A DNA stretch of 42,503 bases. Source: an uncultured Ignavibacteria bacterium (GTDB taxonomy: Bacteria; Zixibacteria; MSB-5A5; UBA10806; 4484-95). How positions within the stretch are numbered: the first letter of the stretch is position 1; each line of letters starts with the position of its first letter. Below the pieces are notes generated by a model, which saw only the letters and a list, made by a program, of their open reading frames with translations, had not been told where the DNA came from and made no database searches. Of the stretch, positions 36,810 to 42,503 are shown one piece after another. The stretch is taken from assembly GCA_964614835.1 (NCBI GenBank), contig CAZTNJ010000003.1, positions 1-42,503 of the forward strand, in the 5' to 3' direction. The position numbers were made by a program, and so were the translations under genes.

Positions 36810-38720
36810 TTATTGGGATGCTTTTTGGGAAATTTCCCGATATAGAGATGCGCCATCAAGTCGATTGGCGTATTTATTTTTCACCTGGCCGCAGATAAAC
36901 TCAATCCGCTTGACATTATCGCGAAAAACGCCATCAGATGTCTCTTCTATCAGAGATTTTATCGTGGTTTGCACTTCGGGGCTCTTAATATCTACTAAAC
37001 CATAATTCAAGATAAGTTGATCGATAGTTTCACTGCAACCGGCGGCTATCTTTTTAAAAATCTCGAACAATGCATCTTTGGAAATACCGCCAGATTTATA
37101 AGCCTCGAAAACCTTCACGAACTCGCCGTTATAGACCCTAAGATTTTCCCGGTCTTTTATATTAAGATTCTTAATCGCGCTCCAGATCAATTCCGGCGAT
37201 AATTTTAGCTTTTTGTAAATGTTTTCGAACGCCTCCAAGTATGGCGATACGATAACTTTCATAACTATCGACTCCGGTACGCCCGCTTTTATGAGCCGTT
37301 CTTCTATTTTATAAGCCGGTTCGGGCAATTCGGCGCGTAACCGGGAAATCCAATCTTTGGTAATCTCGACCGGTGGGCTGTCCGTATCGGGATACATTCT
37401 GTCTGCCCCGGGAAGAATTCGCTCAAAACCGGTAGTGCCGTCCGCGTGCGCCTGACGGGTTTCATTCGGAACGCCCTTGGTCGCTTCGATCGCGCGAATC
37501 TTGATTTCCGATAGCGCCGTTTGAACATCGGCAGCCGGCCCCCAAACCACTACTATTGCATCCGTATACTTGCAATCGCAAGTTTTCCGAATCAGTTGCC
37601 AGTCATCGGCCGTAAAGCCTGCCATAAATGGGATGTCGCTGACCGCGAGATTCGGTTTGTCATCCAAACAGGCGATTACCTGAATCCTTCCCGATAGCTC
37701 ATCGGTGAAAGTTTGTCCGGGCTGCATCGGCCAGCTTAATACTCCTGCGAAGCCATCGATTTTTATCCCTTTTACCGACCACCCTTTTTCAAGAGCTTTC
37801 CGAATTATGGGAATCTTGGTATTTTGAAATACAGGGGCCAGGTCTATTTTTTCGCCATGAACGGTTTTGTCGTTAATACCGCGCAGGCGGAGGGCCTCTT
37901 TGATTTGTAGCAGCGCCGCCTGACGCTCAGCCTCGATACCGGTTAGCTTTTCGATCATCCAGGTTTGTGGAACGCCTTTGATTTCGGCACGTTGTCCGCC
38001 CGTGATCGATACGTTAACATCCTGTCGAACCGAACCTATCCCGCGACGAACCAACCCCGATGCCTTCAGTATCCGTCCCAGAAGCTCATTGACTTCCATC
38101 GCCTCCCGCGGGGTCTGCATATCCGGCCCGGTGATAACCTCCAGAAGCGGCATCGAAAGTCTGTCGGTGCGGAACACGATATCGTGCCCTTTGTCGGAAA
38201 TTTCCCGGCAGGCGTCTTCCTCGAGACAGAGATGAGTAATCGAAATCTTTCGGCCTTTATAGGGTACCCAGCCATCTACACCGACAATGGCAGTGCGTTG
38301 AAATCCGGTGGGGATTGAACCATCGAGATACTGTTTACGCGAGACGTGAAGTTCATCGACGACGGCGCAGTTTAGAAGCATCGCCAGCTTGAACGCGATA
38401 TCCAGCGCTTGAGCGTTAATAGGAAATGGCGGTGTATCGTCCATTTCGTAAGTGCAGGCGTTATCTCGATAGAGTTGATAAATAACGTTTTTCTTGGTTT
38501 TAAATTCCATCAAGGCGGTACCGTCGTATTCGCCGAGCTCAGAGAGGGTTGGGCGCATATGGCGGATAATTTCGCCTTCGGGTTTGTCGTTGCGATAATA
38601 GGCGGGGCAGCGGCAGAACAGTTTTCTTTGGGTTAACAGCTGCTGATGGATTTCCAGGCCGCATTTAAAGCCCATTTCGCGGTATTTATTTTCGGATTCG
38701 CTAATTGCAATCACCTCCAC
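36810..38720 (-). CDS. gatE: Glu-tRNA(Gln) amidotransferase subunit E, archaeal type (GatE)
   Basis: MGFKCGLEIHQQLLTQRKLFCRCP, RPTLSELGEYDGTA, DDTPP, LDGSIPTGFQRT, LCLEEDACRE, DRLSMPLLEVITGP, RRGIGSVRQDVNVSITGGQRAEIKGV. At 636 aa it has the inserted domain and C-terminal tail that distinguish GatE from roughly 480-aa GatB. GTG start at 38720 is uncertain. Confidence 0.88.
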   Translation of the reverse strand: MEVIAISESENKYREMGFKCGLEIHQQLLTQRKLFCRCPAYYRNDKPEGEIIRHMRPTLSELGEYDGTALMEFKTKKNVIYQLYRDNACTYEMDDTPPFPINAQALDIAFKLAMLLNCAVVDELHVSRKQYLDGSIPTGFQRTAIVGVDGWVPYKGRKISITHLCLEEDACREISDKGHDIVFRTDRLSMPLLEVITGPDMQTPREAMEVNELLGRILKASGLVRRGIGSVRQDVNVSITGGQRAEIKGVPQTWMIEKLTGIEAERQAALLQIKEALRLRGINDKTVHGEKIDLAPVFQNTKIPIIRKALEKGWSVKGIKIDGFAGVLSWPMQPGQTFTDELSGRIQVIACLDDKPNLAVSDIPFMAGFTADDWQLIRKTCDCKYTDAIVVVWGPAADVQTALSEIKIRAIEATKGVPNETRQAHADGTTGFERILPGADRMYPDTDSPPVEITKDWISRLRAELPEPAYKIEERLIKAGVPESIVMKVIVSPYLEAFENIYKKLKLSPELIWSAIKNLNIKDRENLRVYNGEFVKVFEAYKSGGISKDALFEIFKKIAAGCSETIDQLILNYGLVDIKSPEVQTTIKSLIEETSDGVFRDNVKRIEFICGQVKNKYANRLDGASLYREISQKASQ

Positions 38721-38800
38721 ACAAGACCAAAAGTCAAATTATCATAGTCTTATAAGATATACAATTTTTTCGGGTTGTAAAGGAGAAAGGGGCGGCGTTT

Positions 38801-39034
38801 TTGAAGCTGGCGTATTGCCAAGCGTATCAGTTGGTTAGCTGTATATTCCAGTCACAAGAAAGCAGAGATGCTACCTCCAGCCGATATTTAGCCAGGTGGA
38901 TTCATTATTGCGGGTATCGATACTATGGAGCATGGTGGGTGAGCGGCAGTTCTGCGTTCATTCTGACGGATCTTGGTCCAGCAGAGGCTTACGATTTAAT
39001 ATATTCACTTGCCCATTGGGGATATTTGTTATAA
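38801..39034 (+). CDS. Doubtful small ORF (77 aa, Trp/Tyr/Cys-rich)
   Basis: It is the only ORF of 60 aa or more in a 367-nt gap. TTG start, odd aromatic-rich composition and no recognisable motif. Listed only so the gap is not left unexplained. Confidence 0.2.
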   Translation: MKLAYCQAYQLVSCIFQSQESRDATSSRYLARWIHYCGYRYYGAWWVSGSSAFILTDLGPAEAYDLIYSLAHWGYLL

Positions 39035-39087
39035 ACTGACATCGGTTTTAGAAATCAGGTGTTTCGATGTTTTGAAGGAAGGCTGAT

Positions 39088-39819
39088 ATGAAATGTATTA
39101 TTATCGCATTCTTGGCCGCGATTTTCATTTATACTGCTTCATTCGGTCAGACAAGAATATTGGAACCTGTTGGCGATACCATTGATACAATATTTGTAAC
39201 TATTTTTTCCGATTATCCCGAATTGCTACCAGTTGTCAATAATTATAGGCTTTATGAATATAGCGAATTTAACCCGTTTCCGCCAGATTACATAAAGCCC
39301 GAATATAAAAGCGTATTAGACTGGTTAAAAGTATTAAAACCTAAAAATTCCCAAGACACCTTCGGAACTTACGTTAAGGTGTGGGAATTAAATTCCCAAA
39401 ACAAATATGCCTTAACCAATGGCAATCATGGCGAGCAAAAATTTGTGGCGATAAAACCAGATACGGTAGAATGGCTTTATGGGTCAGCTTATAACGTTTG
39501 GGACATGGTAACTCCTTCTGGCGTTTACATCTGGAGTCTAGTCTTTGAAAAGAATGGCGATATTACTAGTTTAGGCTACGGTTCTTTGACCTATATTAAA
39601 AATCCTGATACATCATCGTTATCTTTAACAAAATTTATTAGATCGAAACGCCATGTTATATCGATTACTAGCCGGAAATATTGGAAAAATAAAAACATTC
39701 GCTTTGAATGTGAATATGATAATCTAAGAGATTTTAAAAACCATAAGCCATCCAGCATATACGAATATGACAAAGATGGGAATGAAATTAAGCGTGAATT
39801 TTTAAACAACAAAGACTAG
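39088..39819 (+). CDS. Secreted hypothetical protein (243 aa)
   Basis: GAAGGAAGG lies upstream of the ATG. Signal peptide MKCIIIAFLAAIFIYTASFG. The C-terminal YEYDKDGNEIKREF resembles MORN/YwqK-type repeats. AT-rich relative to its neighbours. Confidence 0.72.
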   Translation: MKCIIIAFLAAIFIYTASFGQTRILEPVGDTIDTIFVTIFSDYPELLPVVNNYRLYEYSEFNPFPPDYIKPEYKSVLDWLKVLKPKNSQDTFGTYVKVWELNSQNKYALTNGNHGEQKFVAIKPDTVEWLYGSAYNVWDMVTPSGVYIWSLVFEKNGDITSLGYGSLTYIKNPDTSSLSLTKFIRSKRHVISITSRKYWKNKNIRFECEYDNLRDFKNHKPSSIYEYDKDGNEIKREFLNNKD

Positions 39820-40047
39820 TAGTTTCTTTTATCATATCCCACATCCAAGCAATATCGTAATCCAGCCGGAATTTCCAGACTATAATCCCGCTTAATTGCA
39901 ACGAAGCATTTTTATAGCCTCCTTGCGTCCGCGCCAGACCGCTTTTGGTTTCCTACCCTGCGCCGATGTAAAGTTATCATAACACCGTATCCCTGTATGG
40001 GGGGATACCATCTCCCTTCCCTTTTCCAACCAATTTTCATTTACGCC

Positions 40048-40076
40048 TTGACTTTCGCGTGCGTGTAAACGATAAT
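40048..40076 (+). promoter_or_regulatory. Sigma-70-like promoter upstream of the SPT-like gene (TTGACT-N17-GATAAT)
   Basis: -35 TTGACT (40048-40053), a 17-nt spacer and -10 GATAAT (40071-40076), about 60 nt before the ATG at 40141. Confidence 0.45.
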
Positions 40077-40140
40077 TAGCCCTGTTTTAAATAAATCGAA
40101 GTGGGCCGAGGGGCTTTGGCCATAGTACCCGGAGAAAATA

Positions 40141-41322
40141 ATGAGCCTTTTTGACAAATGTAAAAGTTTTACGGCAGCCAAGGAAGTTGAAAAAGCCGGT
40201 TATTATCCTTACTTCCGAGCAATTGCATCCGGTTCCGATAATGAAGTGATAATTGGGGGCCGCAAGGTAATCATGATCGGCTCCAATAATTATCTGGGCT
40301 TAACCAATCATCCCAAGGTTATCGAGCGAATTCATCAAGCGGTCGATAAATACGGTTCCAGTTGCACCGGATCGCGTTTTCTCAACGGCACGCTCGATAT
40401 TCATGTCGAACTCGAGGAAAAACTGGCCCAATTTATGCAAACGGAATCCGCCTTAGTATATTCTACCGGATTTCAAACTAATCTGGGCGCGATTTCGACA
40501 ATTGTAGGCAAATCCGATTATATCCTGGCCGACCGCTCCGACCATGCTTCCATTGTCGATGGCTGTCGGTTGTCATTTGGCAGTACGATTAAATATAAAC
40601 ATAACGATATGGACGACCTCGAACGAGTATTACGCAAAGTCCCTAAAGATGCCGGTAAGCTTATTGTCACCGATGGCGTTTTTTCTATGGAAGGCGATAT
40701 CGTGAATCTTCCCAGATTGGTGGAATTAGCCGGTATCTACGATGCCCAGATTTTGGTCGATGATGCTCATTCTATCGGAGTGCTGGGCGACCATGGCCGC
40801 GGTACCGCCGAACATTTCCACCTTCAGGATAAAGTCGATATGGTGATGGGGACTTTCTCGAAATCGTTCGCGTCAATCGGTGGATATATCGCCGCCAGCG
40901 AGGATGTAATCCATTATATCAAGCATTTTTCTCGTCCTCTGATATTTTCGGCGTCCCCGCCTCCGGCCGCCGTGGCCGCCGTGTTGGCATCGCTGGAAAT
41001 CATAGAAAGCGAACCGGAACGCCGTACCCGCCTTTGGGAAATCACTAACAGGATGCACAGGGAATATAAAGCGATGGGTTTCAACCTTGGCGCCACACAA
41101 ACCCCGATTATCCCGATTTATATTGGCGATGACCAGAAGACGTTTATGTTCTGGAAAGAACTTACCGATGCCGGTCTGTTCACAAATCCAATTGTTTCTC
41201 CCGCCGTGCCTCCCGGTCAAGCCCTGATACGCACCAGCTATACTGCAAATCATACTGATGAGCAAATGGATAGGGTTCTCGAAATATTCTATAAAATCGG
41301 GAAGAAACTGGGAATAATTTAA
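40141..41322 (+). CDS. PLP-dependent alpha-oxoamine synthase, serine-palmitoyltransferase-like
   Basis: YYPYFRAI, IGSNNYLGL, GSSCTGSRFLNGT, DRSDHASIVDG, LVDDAHSIG, PLP-lysine motif GTFSKSFASIGGY, FSASPPPA, RLWEITNRMHREYKAMGFNLG. The GSRxLNGT segment looks more like Spt than BioF or Kbl. Confidence 0.88.
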   Translation: MSLFDKCKSFTAAKEVEKAGYYPYFRAIASGSDNEVIIGGRKVIMIGSNNYLGLTNHPKVIERIHQAVDKYGSSCTGSRFLNGTLDIHVELEEKLAQFMQTESALVYSTGFQTNLGAISTIVGKSDYILADRSDHASIVDGCRLSFGSTIKYKHNDMDDLERVLRKVPKDAGKLIVTDGVFSMEGDIVNLPRLVELAGIYDAQILVDDAHSIGVLGDHGRGTAEHFHLQDKVDMVMGTFSKSFASIGGYIAASEDVIHYIKHFSRPLIFSASPPPAAVAAVLASLEIIESEPERRTRLWEITNRMHREYKAMGFNLGATQTPIIPIYIGDDQKTFMFWKELTDAGLFTNPIVSPAVPPGQALIRTSYTANHTDEQMDRVLEIFYKIGKKLGII

Positions 41323-41332
41323 GGGTTGGGAA

Positions 41333-42460
41333 TTGAGCCTCTATCAAATCAAAGAAGCCATCGATAAGGCTGGTATTAACGATTTTATCAAAGTACCTTT
41401 TAATCTTTATCGCCACGATAAATATTGGGTGCCCCAGCTAATTTCCGAAAGTCGCAAATTTTTTAACCGCAAAATCAACCCATTTTTTCTCCATTCCGAG
41501 GCCAAATTTTTTGTCGCTTATCAAGATAATAAGCCAATCGGCCGAATTGCCGGAATAATCAACAATCGGCATAATCAAGTACATGAAGAGAAAATTGGTT
41601 TTTTCGGCTTTTTCGAATGCCCCAACGATATTGGGTTGGCCGAAGAGCTTTATAATACCGCCGCGTCTTATTTAAAAACAGCCGGCCTCACCGCCATGCG
41701 CGGGCCGGCCAATTACTCCTCCAACGATGATTGGGGATTCTTGGCCGAAGGCTTCAATAGTTCGCCGGTTTTCCAGATGCCTTACAATCCGCCATATTAT
41801 CTGGAACTGGCGGAAAAATGCGGTTTCGCCAAGTGCAAAGACTTGCTGGCATATTGGATTGACAACACGATTCCGCTTCCCGAAAAAGCCATCAAGATCG
41901 CGGAATTGATTCGCAAAAGAGAAAATATTCAGGTTCGTCAAATTGATTTGAAGCATCTCGAAAGTGAATTAAATTATGTCCGGCAGATTTATAATGCCGC
42001 CTGGAGCAAAAATTGGGGTTTTGTACCGCTTACCGAGGAAGAGCTTATGCATACGGCCGACGATCTTCGCAAAATTCTTGACCCCCATATCGTGTTTCTG
42101 GCGTTTGTCAATGGCGAACCTGCCGGTATGTCGCTATCGATGCCCGATTACAATATCGTTTTTAAGAAAATGAATGGACGGATGTTTGCTTTTGGAATTT
42201 TTAAGTTTCTCTGGCACACCAAAATTGTCCATACCATTAACGGCGCCCGAATTATGGCGATGGGAATCGTTCCCAAATTCCAGAAATTAGGCCTCGACAC
42301 TATTTTCTATCTGGATACTTACCGCAACGGTATCGCCAACGGATACTATTGGGGTGAGATGTCATGGATTTTAGAGGACAATCAGATGTTTAATCGGGCC
42401 GCCCAGATGATGGGAACAAAACCTTATAAACGCTATCGCCTCTACGAAAAACCGCTATAA
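41333..42460 (+). CDS. Conserved 375-aa protein, putative GNAT-fold N-acyltransferase (tentative)
   Basis: The family signature as I remember it: NPFFLHSEAKFFVA..KPIGRIAGIIN..KIGFFGFFE..MRGPANYSSNDDWGFLAEGF..PYNPPYY..GF.K..DLLAYW. TTG start 10 nt after the SPT-like gene. Confidence 0.75.
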   Translation: MSLYQIKEAIDKAGINDFIKVPFNLYRHDKYWVPQLISESRKFFNRKINPFFLHSEAKFFVAYQDNKPIGRIAGIINNRHNQVHEEKIGFFGFFECPNDIGLAEELYNTAASYLKTAGLTAMRGPANYSSNDDWGFLAEGFNSSPVFQMPYNPPYYLELAEKCGFAKCKDLLAYWIDNTIPLPEKAIKIAELIRKRENIQVRQIDLKHLESELNYVRQIYNAAWSKNWGFVPLTEEELMHTADDLRKILDPHIVFLAFVNGEPAGMSLSMPDYNIVFKKMNGRMFAFGIFKFLWHTKIVHTINGARIMAMGIVPKFQKLGLDTIFYLDTYRNGIANGYYWGEMSWILEDNQMFNRAAQMMGTKPYKRYRLYEKPL

Positions 42461-42503
42461 TCCGCCCAATAGAACCTTAGTTACTACATATATATACCTA
42501 AAT

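Noticed and set aside
39900-40090. Minus-strand open frame (..MVSPHTGIRCYDNFTSAQGRKPKAVWRGRKEAIKMLRCN), considered as a possible transposase or recombinase remnant.
   Set aside because: It is only 39 codons from the first Met and I recognise no catalytic motif. It overlaps the predicted plus-strand promoter.

Overview
This is a 42.5-kb chromosomal segment from a Gram-negative bacterium. Bacterial markers are T9SS C-terminal sorting domains, a FadL-type outer-membrane protein, DUF5683, a DUF721-gyrB pair, an NtrC-type regulator and an HD-GYP protein. The mix suggests an FCB-superphylum or candidate-phylum lineage, but the taxon cannot be fixed from this window. I support about 37 CDS plus one tRNA-Ser(GCT). 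I saw no rRNA, CRISPR array, transposase or integrase.

Layout:
- 1-3.1 kb: decapitated T9SS tail fragment, tRNA-Ser, a TerB gene, and an AT-rich islet (nucleotidyltransferase pair, two strong RNA/DNA structures, DUF3800) directly downstream of gyrB.
- 3.2-5.5 kb: gyrB and DUF721 with a near-consensus promoter.
- 5.6-6.8 kb: solitary DprA/SLOG-like plus AbiGi-like fusion gene.
- 6.9-17.9 kb: envelope and secreted proteins (TPR, FadL-esterase pair, T9SS cargo, MBL-FN3-dockerin), pyrE and an HD-GYP protein.
- 18.1-26.4 kb: eight co-directional genes. These are two NodB/DUF3473-type deacetylase paralogs (one degenerate), wecB, an SDR epimerase, glnA, and a tightly coupled carrier protein / adenylating ligase / NadE-like trio.
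- 26.6-28.7 kb: overlapping lipid kinase, DUF5683 and flavoprotein genes.
- 28.7-35.2 kb: giant multi-PAS hybrid kinase, a TPR-like protein, and an NtrC-family regulator whose AAA+ motifs are degenerate.
- 35.4-38.7 kb: archaeal-type gatE-gatD operon.
- 40.1-42.5 kb: serine-palmitoyltransferase-like enzyme plus a putative acyltransferase.

Most notable: archaeal-type GatDE in a bacterial context, the carrier protein/ligase/NadE-like core of the amino-sugar cluster, the SLOG-AbiGi-like fusion, and the low-GC islet behind gyrB. All functional calls come from reading motifs by eye. No database search was run.
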